This document shows positions 37,486 to 50,960 of a DNA stretch of 64,000 nt, one piece after another (positions within the stretch are counted from its first letter, which is position 1; every line of letters starts with the position of its first letter). This DNA comes from Lepidodermella squamata (Eukaryota > Animalia > Gastrotricha): the NCBI GenBank assembly GCA_047495785.1, contig JBLDXI010000002.1, positions 1,488,001-1,552,000 on the forward strand. The letters are read 5' to 3'. The notes beneath the pieces are model-generated. The model saw only the letters and a list, made by a program, of their open reading frames with translations. It ran no database searches and was not told the DNA's origin. The position numbers and the translations under genes are program-made.

Positions 37486-40400
37486 ATGAGACAACTGGCT
37501 TGGTGGTTACATACTTTTCTTGTCGCTGCCCAGTTCATCTCATCGACCTATTCGTTCACCTGCAATCCCGGATGCCAGAGCGGTTACATTTGTGCCGTTA
37601 GTGATAGTTCCGTGAACTCCACGCGCTGTGTGAGTGATCCGTGTGCTGCCGAAGCTCAACGATGCAATACCCGGGGATCTTGCAAGTCTATCCTGCTGGA
37701 AGAAGGCGTTACCTATAAATGCGAATGCAAAGCTGGCTACTCCGGACAGGATTGTGGTTCGTTTTCATCTGCGAATGGTTGCTACCGAAGTCCTTGCCAG
37801 CATTCCGGCATCTGTACTCCTATTAACGAAGAAGATTACACTTGCTCATGCGAAGGCACCGGTCACTTTGGTCGGCATTGCGAAGTGGAAGATTTGTGTG
37901 CCACCCAACCGTGTATTAACGGCGTCTGCGAACTAGTATCGATGGGCAATACATTGGTAACTAATCGCCGCTGCCGTTGTCGGCCAGGTTTTACAGGCGA
38001 TAATTGCGAGATTGATGTTAATGAGTGCGCAACTTCGCCTTGCAAGAATGGCATGGAGTGCGAAAACTTGGCTGGTTCATATCGGTGCCACTGCTCGCCG
38101 CAATTTACTGGAATGAATTGCTCAATTCCGATTCACAATATGTGCTCTCCTGATACTTGTTTAAATAGGGGAATCTGTCGGTTTGGATCCAATGGCCCGG
38201 TTTGCGAATGTCGCCCTGGGTGGGCTGGAGATTTTTGTCAACTCGACGTCGATGAATGTCGAACAAGGACATGTCGCAATGGCGGAACTTGTCTTGATCA
38301 CTCAAATGGTACTAGTTGCTTATGTCTTCCCGGTTGGACAGGTCCTAACTGTGAAATCGACGTTAATGAATGCTCACTCCCGGGCTCTCGAGATTTATGT
38401 AAAAATAATGGTGACTGCATCAATGTAAATGGATCATATTACTGCGTATGTCCGATCGGCTACTCGGGACGCGACTGTTCGATTGTGCTGAATATGTGCG
38501 ACAAGAAAGCGAATCTATCATGTTTGAATGGAGGAGTCTGCAAATCAGAAATTGGATTCTATCGTTGCGAATGCCAGTCTGGTTGGCAAGGCACTTTCTG
38601 TGAGTACCGCAATCCTTGTGCCAGGAACCCTTGTCACAACGGTGGCAGCTGTGTACAGCTTTTCGATCAGCCCGAAAATCACCGTTGCTACTGCCCTCCT
38701 GGTTTCACCGGCCCTAATTGTGAATCCGATATCAACGAGTGTGATATGAATCCTTGTGATCAGCAGGTCGGGGCTACTTGCGAAAACACTATCGGCAGTT
38801 TCATTTGCCACTGTCCGCCTGGTCTTACTGGGCAGTTCTGCAGTGAAACGTCTCTGTACAACTGCTCGGCATTCCAGCCCTGTTCAAATGGCGGGACTTG
38901 TTTGCCCAAAATTGGGGGCTTTGAATGTCTTTGCTCAGTTGGATTTTCAGGCCTGTCGTGCGAGACAAACGTGGACGAATGCGCGCAAAATCCGTGCAGG
39001 AATTCGGGAACATGCATTGATGGCATTGGAGCCTTTAAATGCTTATGCGCAGCCTCTTTCACAGGTCGACGTTGCGAATCAGTCGTTGATTTATGCGCGT
39101 CAGATCGCGACTACTGCTATCACGGCGGCACCTGCACAACCGTGACTGACCGACTGGGACATGCTCGGCCTAAATGCCAGTGCCGGCCTGGGTATATCGG
39201 CGATCGTTGCGAAGCTGATGTTAACGAATGCGCTAGCAAGCCATGCAGCGCTGTGGGAACATCGTCATGCGCAGATCTTAGTGGTGACTATCTCTGCCTT
39301 TGCTACCCTGGTTTCACGGGGCGGAAGTGCGAAACAATGATTTCGAACTACCCAACTCCCTCGCCGCCAAGTTCATTGGAAACCAAGGGCAAATGTTCAG
39401 CCAATTGCGTTGCGCTGTCCGGGAATAACAAATGCGATTTGGAATGCAATTCAAAGGAATGTAATTTCGATGATGGCGACTGTTCGGCTGATTTCAGCCT
39501 ATCATCCTGCCCTCTTGGTTGCGATGCTGTTTTCGCTAACGCCCAATGCGACCCGATTTGCAATATCAAGGCTTGTCTCTACGACGGAAATGACTGTTTG
39601 TTAGACCCGTTCGAGCCGTCGCGTTACATCGGCGGCATTAAGGCGACTTATCCGATGAGTTGTCGCGCATTCCATTCTGGACCTAGTTCGGTATTGCTGT
39701 TCAATTTATCGTCACTTGTCGGGGCTGTTACCCGGGAAGAGCCGCAATCTTTTCAGCAAAACACGGCAAATGAGCAAAAATGTCAAGTTTCCCTCATGTT
39801 CGACACAAAACGCTGCGTTAAGGACTGGTGCCCGAAAACTGCGGAAGAGTGGGTTAATTTCGTCCAAAACAACCCTCGCGAATACACGCCGGAAGCTCTG
39901 GTTAACGAAAATGTCCCTGAAAAGAAATCCGGCCCTTCTAATTCTGAAATAATCATTGCTAGTGTTGTGTCATCTGGCGCGCTGATTTGCGCGGTTTTGA
40001 TCATCGCCTGTGTCCTTAATGGTAAGCGGGTTAGGACGAAAACGTGGTTCCCGCCTGGTTTTTTCGATGTTTTGCGTCTCTCTGATCAAAATACCAGCCA
40101 TAACCCGGCGAAACGGGCGAAAATTACGTCTTCAAGTACTGCATCGACCTCTCAGCAGGTTGTTTTTCCGGGCAATCATCATCACCCACAGCAGCCTAAT
40201 ACCACTTTTTACGACCCGGCTATGGTTGGTGCTAATGCGATGATGTTAATGACGCCGCCGGACAGACGCGAGTTGGATTTGGTCGACCCGCCTGGTCCGG
40301 ACGGTCTGACGCCGCTGATGTTGGCGTGCACTAGTTCGCATTTGAGCAACCCACCGCAGCGAGTTGCCGAGATCGTCCAGCAATTAATTTTACGCGGCGC

Positions 40401-43400
40401 CAACGCCCAGGCGAAAACGCACCAGCGCGAGGAGAGCGCGCTGCACTTGGCCGCGCGGTACCGAAATGCGGTCGCCCTGCGCACTCTGCTCGATTTCTGC
40501 CCCGACCCGAACGTACGTGACGCGGAGGGCAAGACACCACTGCACTCGGCGGTGGGCGCCGATGCCCAGGACTGCATGCGGGTAAGTAGTAGAGTTATTT
40601 CCTCCCCCTGCCCAACGGTCTCGTCATAATTAGCCGGGTACCACAACGGGTTTTGTTGATCTATTGCGGCCGCGCGTGCGTTGCGCAAGTCGGTCAACAC
40701 TCGGGGCCGGGTTCATCTTGACGAACACGCGTGCCGAAAGACGCGCTCGGATTTCCGCGCTTCGAGAGCGTCTTCCTTTTCTCGGCACTGTCTAGCTCCT
40801 TGCTATTTGGCATTGCCTCATAAGTGTTTCGTTTACGTGTTTGATTGACTGATTCAACAACGCACCGTGCGGTCTCACTATTTCAACGCTTCTAGTTACT
40901 ATCAAAATATTTATTCAATTTTGATATCATTTCAATTTACACATGGATATTTGAATTACGCTCTTGAGGAAGCGATTCGCGGGAGAAAAATTCGAACTTT
41001 TCGGAAAGGAAAGAAAAGAAAAAAAGAAAATTTTAAAATTTTAAGGATGATTTTTTAAAGTTTATTTTTCTTGAATTCGGCTTTTCAATTTGGAAATTTC
41101 GTATTTTTCAAAAGCCATGAAAATGTGAGTAAAATTTGGAAAATTCAGAAAATCTCAGAAAGGACGAGGGTCGGTTATAGGCTAATGTCGGCCTACGGTG
41201 CAAATTTGATGAAATTAATATTGCTAGAAAGCCCGGGATGTGCTGCGTCCAATTACATGGTCTGTAGTTAGGTCAGAGCTACTTGGACAGGTGAAAAAAT
41301 TCATCAAAAGTGACCAAAAACGCTTTTTCTGACACTTTGAGCGATTATTAGGGGCACAGCAGACTCGAGTTCCTAAAATATTTTTAGATCAAAATGAGCG
41401 TCTCAACGAGAAGAATCTTATTATGCAAGAAAAAATTAGGAAGTCAGGTCTGCTGGGGATAGAGAAAAAACCGATTTGCGAAAATCGCATGTTTTTCGTT
41501 GAAATTTGTGGTTTTCAGAGTCATTTGACATTGACATGAATTAATTTTTTTTATTTTTGAATTGGATTTCAAATAAGCTATATATTTCAGTCTACCTAAT
41601 AGCATGTTGAAATTAATTAATTTTTTGCCGCAGGAAAACGCTAATGAATTTGATGAGTTTTGAGTCATGTGACCGGTTTTAACGTCAAATAGTATCAACT
41701 TTACCGAATATTGTACCCACTACCTGAGCGTTTCGCCGCACCCGGATAATTTCTATGTTATATGACAGTCATTTCTTGATTACTAAAATTAGTTTTGAAC
41801 TATTTTACACCTGGGGCGGATTTTACCTACTAACCGGCCCTCGTTCTTAGCGGCTAAATAAAAAGCGAGATTGAGCCTTTTGCTGTTTCCTTATTTGTTT
41901 TATTTTAAATTTCTCTGAATTTCTACAATACAGTGGTTGTTGCGCCATCGGATGATTCACATTGATGCAAGGATGAATGACGGTACAACAGCGTTAATTT
42001 TGGCGACGCGCCTGTGCCTGAACGCCCTGGTGACCGACCTGGTGCGATGCAACGCGAAGCTGGATACTCAAGATAGTCTGGGCCGAACGGCGCTGCATTG
42101 GGCTGCAGCTGTCGACAACGTCGAGGTTTGTATCTCATCATTTGCCCACCACCCTGTAAATGCAGACCCACGCCCGCTCGCTTTCCCATCGTTATTATTA
42201 TTATGATTACTTCAACAATTTGTCATAACAATTTTTCGCGCATCGATTGAGCCGCCTCGCCTCGGCCACGCGTGTGACCGTGGGAAAGTCGCGCGCGCGC
42301 TGACACGTCGCTAAAACAAAGACATTTTATGTATATTAGACGGCGAGTATTGTTACGATTATAACAACGCTACACAGCAACTAGTATTTATTATTACACC
42401 TCGTACCTCGTATATACCTGTCACGGTTGTCGACAACGCGGTGTTTTCACCCGCCGTCCGTATTAGGCAGGCATCATAAAACAAATCCGCGCCGCGACAC
42501 GGCGACGACGGATTCAAGTGGCAATAAAGCGCGCGCTCTCTCTCTGTATTTGTCGAGGTATTATTCCTCATTAGCTGGAATGAACGCGCGTTGAACTTGC
42601 TCTAGGTGTAAAATCCGCAAAGTGGCCGTGTTGATACTGTAATGATGAGATGAAACTGATGTAAGTATCTGATATATGCCGCGCTTTATTTCAATCCAGG
42701 CCATTCAACTGCTGACCAGACACGGAGCTGATAAGGATGCTCAGGATGCTCGAGAGCAGACGCCGTTGTTCCTGGCGTGTCGCGAAGGCAATCAGAGTTC
42801 AGTGGTCGCCCTGCTTGAAATCGGCTGCCAGCGCGATCTGGCAGACCATGCCGACGTCACGCCTCGCCAGGCCGCGTCCGAGGCCGGCTATCGCGAGGTT
42901 GTGCGGCTGCTGGACGAATTCGTGCCCGACGCATCGGGCGGTGTAGCTAATGCAGCTGCCTCTGCCAATTTCATGATGGCTCAGTTGCATCAGCAGCAGC
43001 AAATGGCGTTGAATCTGCCGGCGACGACGTCGAGCCAGGGTGCAGCAGCTAGCAGCCAGCAACCGGTTAAACTCGAATCGAATACTCCGGGTCCAGTCAC
43101 CTATAAACAAGAATTTGTTGCCGCTGCCGTCTCCACCTCCTCTGCTACAGAGAAGGGTCAAAAGGTACAGTGTTGAATCGAATGAAATGAAATTAATGAC
43201 AAAAATTACAAAATTGAAAGAAATTCCGTTTTGAGAGCTTCTCAGTTTCCTTATGAGATGAAAAAGGGTCGATCCTATGAATCGGTGAAATATTTTAGAA
43301 TGAATTCAGGGACAGGTTTTAATCGAACGGAATAAAATTTCAGAATTTCGGGATTTTTTTCCTCGATTTTCAAGTCCTACGGAAAAGATTTCTAATTTTT

Positions 43401-44466
43401 TGTTTACGAATTTTCGTGGATTACTAAAAATTGGAATTATTATTGATCAGGCCGTTTCCGGAAATCTAAAGAAATGAAATTTGCGTTCAGCCTTCCAAAC
43501 CAGAATGTTGTAACTCGAATCAATACTCGAAATTTACAGAGCATTCGAAAAAAATTCAGGAAAATTGTTAAAATTCAATTATCATTTACATTTTCTTACG
43601 GAGACTGGTCAAATTTTTGAGCTCAAGTTAACGTTTATAGTAGTTCAGTTAGAATTTATAGTTTAGAGGTAAAAGATCCAGATTTCTGGAAAAATTACAA
43701 ATGAAAATTTTGAATGAATGAAAATTATGAATGTTCTGGTTATCATCCAATACTAATTTGTCTATTTTAATTGATATTTTAGCTGTTCGTGGATTTGCCT
43801 CCGCCGTACTCTGAGAAGCCTTCGACGACTGTCACCCCCGGGGCGGATAGCTCGAGTCAGTGGGCAACATCGTCGACGTGGAGCGCAGCTAACCAGCTGG
43901 GCGTGACGTGCCAACCCGGCACATCCGGAACGTCCTCGATCTCGCCCCATCATCAAGCTAGCAGTTCCAACCGACTACCGGACAACTTCCTAACCCCGTC
44001 GCCGGACAATCACTCGTCACCCCCGTCGACCTCGCCTAATCAACAGGTTCAGCCGACCGAAGCTGGCCACCAGGCGTACTTCGCTGTCGGGGTTGCGTCG
44101 AACTACGGCACTCAATCGCGTCAGCAGCGCCGGGTTGCTAACCAAAGTTTGTTGACAACCCAGCGGCAGGCGCCTCAAATTCAATCTCATCAAGCGTATA
44201 CAATCGAGACGCAATTCTACCAACAGCAACAGTATCCACCCGTTTCGGCAGCTACCCCGTACGCGGGCGGCTACGACCCGGCTTCGATGACCCTGGTCGC
44301 CGGCCATCAGCAGGCGGCCGCTTACTACTACCCGGCCCAGACTCAATCTGCTCAATTACAGAACCCAGTCGCGTTTTACCCACAGTCACAACAGGCGCCT
44401 TCGACATCAACGCAACAACAACAACAATCGCAGCAAAACAACTCAGATCCAGCTGTGTATTTTTAA
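37486..44466 (+). CDS. Notch: Notch-family receptor, reduced (14 EGF, 2 LNR, HD, TM, RAM, ANK, PEST); exons 37486-40581, 41934-42126, 42700-~43164, 43783-44466
   Basis: Signal peptide; EGF repeats; LNRs; TM followed by KRVRTKTWFPPGF (RAM WFP); ankyrin repeats GPDGLTPLMLA, ESALHLAARY, DGTTALILATRL, GRTALHWAAAVDN, EQTPLFLACREG; PEST FLTPSPD. Confidence 0.95.
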
Positions 44467-45676
44467 ACTAGGAAATTTCGGTATTCCTCCTTAAAAAAAT
44501 GCATATTATTATATATATTATTCTGCTATTATTCTGAGAATTATTATATCGAAAAACTTACATTTTGTTGGCGTGCCATCTGATGGCCGATTTTTTTGAA
44601 TTTTACTGTTACCATAGTTTTTTCGACGATTCTTATTGTTCTGGATTATACGCATAAAAATTGTAAAAAAAAATTTCTCACCTTAAATTGGGACGACAGT
44701 CAGAGATTTTCTATGTATACAAACCAACGACCATGACGAGACGGCTCTTCTTCGGTATCGAAGCTTTAAACTCAATGTACAAAAATGCGACAGTTTTAAA
44801 AATTCAACGTATTTTCTATTCGTGGATACTGCTTGTTGACGCTTTTTTCTGTAAATATTTGAAATCATGTGTATACATTTTTTTGAGGCAGATTTTCTTC
44901 CATTTTTATTCACAGTGATCGAAAAAAATATTTGATGCATCTAAAAAAAAATCGGTTTTTAATCGCGTTGTTTTTTTCTTTTATCGAAATAATTTTCTTG
45001 TTGTGTTGGTGTGAAACGTGTAGAAATTATAGGTGATGACGATCGCTCACGGTTTTGTTGTTGTTTCCTCGCTCTTCCTTTCTTCTTGCTGCTACTGCTG
45101 TCATACTTATAGTACATTCCTCACGAGTGCTAATTTTTGATGCCATGACTTGTTTTCTTCTTCTTCTTCCGTTTTTAACTGCTTAACAACGAAGTTGCGC
45201 TTTGAAAAGTCAATAAAAAAAGTGAAATTGAGGCGAATTTTTCGGTCAAAAATTTGAGCTGGTTCACGAAATATGGGCAACACGACTACACCTGTGTGGA
45301 GGGTGAAGTGGGCGATCCGTAATAAACTTCCTGTTGAGCAAACAACGATAAGCCCTCCGTGCTCCGCTAAAACGTTAGATAACGGCCCTGCAATAAGGAC
45401 TTGGCACTGGTTCCGGTGCCAGCAATGCTGCGATAGGTCACGATATACGTATAGTCAGATGTTCAAGAGCTTCGAACTTGAGGCAAAGCAACAACAGGTG
45501 TCGGCTGTAAACTCGTCGCGACTTATTTATTGAACTTTGAACTACCTTATAACAACAGGAAATGTGGGGTATATTTCGACTGGCAGCAAGGCAAAACAAC
45601 AATAAAAAATCATCAGCAAATATTGAGCGAAGACAAAAAATGGCAAATGAAATGCTCAAGACGAAAAATTCAACTA

Positions 45677-47474
45677 TTAGCACCGGGTTTCGAAAAGTCG
45701 AGACGATCCACTCTTCAAAGCTTCGGCATCGTTTTCACAAAATGCCGTTTCCAGTTGGTTTTCACCGGAGAAAATCGCGATTTTCATCGGGTAAATCGCG
45801 GGTCGGCCGAATTGCCATTGCGAAATGTCCAGCCTAAAAAAATCGCATTAGAAACGGAGTAGGAAAAGTAGGATATAAAATACCAGGCTGCATCGTGTTC
45901 CCATTTCATTTCAATAGATTGAATTTTTCGTCCCAAATCAATAGGTGAGGTGATTAAAAAGTCGTAGGTCGCGCCCGGTTTTATCAGCGCCGTATCTTCG
46001 GCAGTCACATGAATGAAAGATGTCGAAGAATTTTCACCAGCTACCTTAAAATATAGCCTTCCTTTTTGCTCCTTATTACTACGCTTCGCCAAAATTAACT
46101 GCACGTGAAAATGATATCCTGTCAAAATTCCGAATTAATCTGATTGTGAAAAAATTAGGAAGATTCTTACTGCAAAATGGGGAACTTTCGCCAGTCGCCA
46201 TCCAATAGACATTATTGATAGAACTATCTTTCGGTTTCAAGGCCAAATTTCCGGCACTATTACAACTTCTGTTGAAGCCATCGACCGGGCATCGCAGGCA
46301 GCGTCCGGTTTGGAATTCCTTCCAACTCGAGCAAGAATAAGATCGCCACGGGCAGGACGATCCAATGGTCTCAGTCATGTATTCATAGGCACGAATGTGG
46401 GGACAGATGAAGATGTTGCGAAGACTGTCCATCACATCGCTGTTAGCCAGCATCATAGCTCGAATCGGGCTTTTCGCGCCAGTGCAGCCTGGTTGTTGGA
46501 TGCCACCGTTCACGTAGACATCGACATGGCCAGACGCTTGCCAAATTCCGAAACCGCCGTTCAACAGCAAAGTTTGAACTAAAGACCCGGCATCAGTGTG
46601 AATCACGTCGACGAACTGAGCGTCGGTTTCGTCGAGTCGGATCAGCGGGTCCATGTCTTGGAAGTAAGGATCAGCTGGGTCCATACCGGTTATCCGGCCT
46701 AAATTCCCACGTAGCTCGTGCCCGGTATACCCGGCGATATGGGCCCCTAAACTGTGCCCGATAATATGAACGTCAGAGTAGTGCAATGAAGTTTCTCTCC
46801 AAAGAAATTTGATGAATTTCGCGATTTCAGCCCCGACGACTCTAGTATTGGCAACAGCTGGAATAAAAATTGGTGATTGAAGATTTCTCAATTGATATAA
46901 AAAATTACCTTGTCCGTATAATGTCTGCGACCCTCCGCTCCAATCTACGCAGAATACGTTGACATTATCGCTTTCAAGAAATCGCTCCGTCATAGTTTTA
47001 AGCCACGGATGGGTCCCCCAATCAACGAAGCCGTGAACGATGAATTTTGTTGGTAACGATCCATTGAAGTAGGAATTACGCAAACTTTCATTGTCACCAG
47101 CCTTTAGTGGCACAAAGTTTTGCGGATTTTTGCGTGTGAAGAGGTAAAAATGCGTGTCGATATCTTCAGGGTTGTCGGGTAACAAGGCGATGCGGCCAGG
47201 TGAGTCCCAAGGGTCACCTGTGTTGAAACAACCCAAATCTCCGAAGCAGACCTCTTGAACAATTCCTAAACACAGTTTTCAGATGCGGAGACTTCTTTTT
47301 AGGAATAATATTACCTCGGAGAGCCCTTGTTTTGTTCTTGACCATCAAATCAAGAAGGTAAAAATCGAAATTTCTGCCCGCCAATTGCCTTCCTGTGGGC
47401 AAGTGAGCAGCGTTCGATGGCTTCAGATGTACCAAAGCCACGAGAAACAAGGATATACTAATTTTGCACGACAT
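45677..47474 (-). CDS. Secreted pancreatic lipase-related protein with PLAT domain (5 exons)
   Basis: Signal peptide; IVHGF; nucleophile VHIIGHSLGAH; ITGMDPADP; VDVIHTDA; CPHIRA; last exon ends ...RLFETRC* (TAA at 45677). Confidence 0.92.
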
Positions 47475-48073
47475 TGGTTTTGGAACGTCCTTCAAATGAA
47501 CTTTAAATTGTTGAAAATGACTGATAGCTTTAAAATATGAGTATTCAAGTCAAACTAGAAATTGCAAAAACCACCTATTACCACATCCACTCCTAACGTA
47601 TAGAGGCGGTCATTGGAGGATGAATTTTAATGAGCTATTTACGTGTTTAATTAATGCCACATAGCCTATTTGGCGTCAGGTTCACGCCTAAACGTTCTTC
47701 TTCAGTTGATAGCTATCCGGAAAACTTGATGGGTTTGCCTTGTTTACACAGTCTGACTCAATTTACCGTTGTAAATCGTAATCATTCCTGATGCGGTTTC
47801 GCTCCAGAATTTGAAATAATTTTAGTTGCGTAAATCACGCTAACTGGTCGAACTATCGAATTACTCACTCACCCAAGTATTAATTATTAATTACGTCACC
47901 TCTTTTATGCAGTGGACCTGACTGGGATCACTGAAAATACCACAAAAACAACAATATTTTCCATTTTATAATTTTTATTTCAGAAACTGAAATGAGCAAA
48001 CAAGACATATAACATAGCATAATCAGAAATCATAAGTTATTTATCATTGACTATGAATAATATTGGGCTAGGT

Positions 48074-50014
48074 TTAGTCAACTTCTTCGACGGTTGGGCC
48101 ACGGTTGTTTGACGTCGAGCCAGCCGAGCGTGACTGATTGCCGCCATCGGTCTTGCCTGGGTTGCTCGAAGAGTTGTTGCCGCCATGCAGTTTCGTCATA
48201 ACTGGCGAGCAGACCTTCTGCAATTCCTGCGATTTGTACTCGATCTCGTCCTTCTCGGCGGTCGTGTTGCGATCGAGCCAAGAAATCACCTCTTGGCACT
48301 TGTCCTTGACCGTCTGCTTATCACTCGCCGACAGATTCTCGCCCGCATCTTCAACGGCTTGCTTGTACGAGTAGGCCAGGTGTTCGAGGCCGTTTCGAGC
48401 CGCAACCCGTTCGCGCTGCTTGTCGTCGTCAGCCTTGAACTTTTCGGCCTGAGCCACCATTCGCTCGACTTCTTCCTTCGACAGCCGCTTCTCGTTCGTG
48501 ATTTTGATCTTGTTCGATTTTCCAGTCGCCTTCTCGACCGCTGACACGTTGAGGATGCAGTTAGCGTCGATGTCGAAGGTGACCTCGATTTGCGGGACAC
48601 CGCGAGGCGCCGGCGGGATTCCGGTCAGATCGAAGCGGCCCAGCAAGTTGTTGTCCTTCGTCATCGCCCGCTCGCCTTCGTAGACCTGGATCGTCACGGC
48701 TGATTGATTGTCCGAGTACGTCGTGAAGGTCTGCGTGGCTCGAGTCGGCACTTTCGAATTGCGCTCCAGCAACTTGGTCATCACTCCACCGGCGGTTTCG
48801 ATGCCGAGACTGAGCGGGATAACATCGACCAGCAGGACATCCTTGACAGTGTTGTCGGTTACGCCTGAGAGAATCGCGGCTTGAACAGCGGCGCCATAAG
48901 CGACGGCCTCGTCCGGGTTGATCGACTTGTTGAGTGGCTTGCCCATGAAGTCAGTCAATAGCTTCTGAACCTTCGGGATGCGAGTCGAACCGCCGACCAG
49001 GACGACCTCGTCGATCTTCGATTTGTCCAGCTTGGCGTCGCGGAGGGCCTGCTCGACTGGTTGCATGGTCTTCTGGAACAAGTCGTTGCAGAGCTCCTCG
49101 AAACGGGCTCTCGTGATTTTCGAGTAGAAATCGACGCCTTCATGCAGCGAGTCGATCTCGATGTTGGCCTCGGTGCTGCTCGACAGGGCTCGTTTCGCGC
49201 GTTCGCAGGCAGTTCGAAGGCGGCGGAGGGCTCGCGAGTTCTTCGAGATGTCCTTGCCGTATTTGCGCTTGAATTCGTCGACGAAAAAGTTGACCATGCG
49301 ATTGTCAAAGTCCTCACCGCCCAAGTGAGTGTCGCCTGACGTAGCCAGCACTTCGAAGACACCGCCGTCGACTGACAGGATCGAAACATCGAAGGTACCA
49401 CCACCAAGGTCGAAAATTAGGACCTTCTTCTCCTGCGACTCGTGTTGTTTATCGAGACCGTAGGCAAGAGCAGCCGCTGTTGGCTCGTTGATGATTCGCA
49501 TGACGTTGAGACCCGCAATCGCACCAGCGTCCTTCGTCGCCAGTCGCTGTGAGTCGTTGAAATAGGCCGGAACCGTGATGACGGCATCGCGCACCTTGTG
49601 GCCCAGGTACGCCTCGGCGGTCTCTTTCATCTTAAGTAGGACCATCGATGAAATTTCCTCGGGCGCGAATCGTTTCGGCTCGCCCTTGTACTCGACCTCG
49701 ATTTTCGGCTTGCCGGCCTCGTTGACGACCTTGAACGGCCAGTGCTTCATGTCGCTTTGGACGATCGGGTCGTCGAACCGCCGGCCGATGAGGCGCTTCG
49801 CGTCGAAAACTGTGTTCTGCGGGTTCATCGCGACCTGATTCTTGGCACCGTCGCCGATGAGTCGCTCGGTGTCGGTGAACGCGACGTAGCTGGGCGTTGT
49901 TCGGTTGCCCTGGTCGTTGGCGATGATTTCGACCTTGCCATTCTGGTAGACACCGACGCAAGAATACGTCGTGCCCAGGTCAATGCCGATAGCTCGTGAT
50001 GTTGATGTAGACAT
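48074..50014 (-). CDS. HSP70: Cytosolic inducible-type HSP70, intronless
   Basis: [37 protein letters not shown]-terminal GPTVEEVD. Confidence 0.99.
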   Translation of the reverse strand: MSTSTSRAIGIDLGTTYSCVGVYQNGKVEIIANDQGNRTTPSYVAFTDTERLIGDGAKNQVAMNPQNTVFDAKRLIGRRFDDPIVQSDMKHWPFKVVNEAGKPKIEVEYKGEPKRFAPEEISSMVLLKMKETAEAYLGHKVRDAVITVPAYFNDSQRLATKDAGAIAGLNVMRIINEPTAAALAYGLDKQHESQEKKVLIFDLGGGTFDVSILSVDGGVFEVLATSGDTHLGGEDFDNRMVNFFVDEFKRKYGKDISKNSRALRRLRTACERAKRALSSSTEANIEIDSLHEGVDFYSKITRARFEELCNDLFQKTMQPVEQALRDAKLDKSKIDEVVLVGGSTRIPKVQKLLTDFMGKPLNKSINPDEAVAYGAAVQAAILSGVTDNTVKDVLLVDVIPLSLGIETAGGVMTKLLERNSKVPTRATQTFTTYSDNQSAVTIQVYEGERAMTKDNNLLGRFDLTGIPPAPRGVPQIEVTFDIDANCILNVSAVEKATGKSNKIKITNEKRLSKEEVERMVAQAEKFKADDDKQRERVAARNGLEHLAYSYKQAVEDAGENLSASDKQTVKDKCQEVISWLDRNTTAEKDEIEYKSQELQKVCSPVMTKLHGGNNSSSNPGKTDGGNQSRSAGSTSNNRGPTVEEVD

Positions 50015-50144
50015 TGCAGAGATAATCAAGCGATATCAATGAAACAGTGGTTTAAAAGCGCAGTTGAAAACTTTTAGTAATAGCTCAAGATTGTAACTTC
50101 GAATTTGCTTTGAGAGAGGATGCTGAGGGTCAGCGGCCGTCGGA

Positions 50145-50243
50145 AATATATACAGCATACCGAAAATTCCAGAAAGTGCGAGAAAAATTGCGAATATTCG
50201 AGAAAGTTCGCGAATGTTCTCGAATGTTCCACGCATGAGTCAT
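50145..50243 (-). promoter_or_regulatory. HSP70 promoter: TATA box, long heat-shock-element array and AP-1-like site
   Basis: TATATA at about 50147-50152. From 50161 to 50230 there are 14 phased pentamers, 12 of them perfect nGAAn/nTTCn. ATGAGTCAT lies at 50235-50243. Confidence 0.9.
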
Positions 50244-50960
50244 CACAATGCAACACTCCTTTTTCATTTGATTGCTCACACGTGCGGCGCGCATTACAAC
50301 ATTGAAGGCTGTCAAGTAATTATTACCAATTGCTAGCATAGAAAGCACCGATTTAGCTAAGGAATTCCCTATTTTTCGCCTGCTTTCGACGTAAATTGAT
50401 TAGAAATGCCGGATGTCACCCAAGTCAGATCTCTTTTTACAATTTAGCTATATACCCGCCGAGCCATGGCTTGTTCGATCAGGGGCGTCAGCAGTGGATT
50501 GTTTTGGTTGATCAAACAACTCACAAAATGAAAACCCCTCTTCTGCCTATTTCTATAGAAAATGGCTCAAATTGCCTATAATGTGGAGGAAATGTTAGCG
50601 GAATTGCCAAAAATTTCTCGCCTCGCTCGAACTCCCGATACGTTTGATATTTCCTATTGAAAATCGGAACTCTTTGACCTTGGATTCTCCTGGTTAAGCC
50701 CCTGTATTCGATACAGATTTAAAATAAAAATAACCGAAACTCTAAAAATCGCTCTTTTATTTTCGTTTTCCTTTAAAGCCACGCGACGAAATAATAAATA
50801 ATAGCCAAATTATTACAACGTATCACACAATAAGTCTAGCGACTGATTTTTCACCTCGAATAACAACACGATATAAAGCTGAAACGTGGATTTGCGATCC
50901 ACCGCATAAACTTCACGAACAAGATTCACAAATTTAAATGAGATATTGAGACGAAATAAA

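Noticed and set aside
40950-41700. MITE-like AT-rich sequence in the long introns (also 23000-23700 and 400-1000)
   Set aside because: I could not define TIRs or TSDs by eye.
48078-49999. Antisense and alternative-frame ORFs over HSP70 (and similar ones over Notch, RALGAPB and the channel tail)
   Set aside because: These are shadows of GC-rich codon usage with no recognisable motifs.
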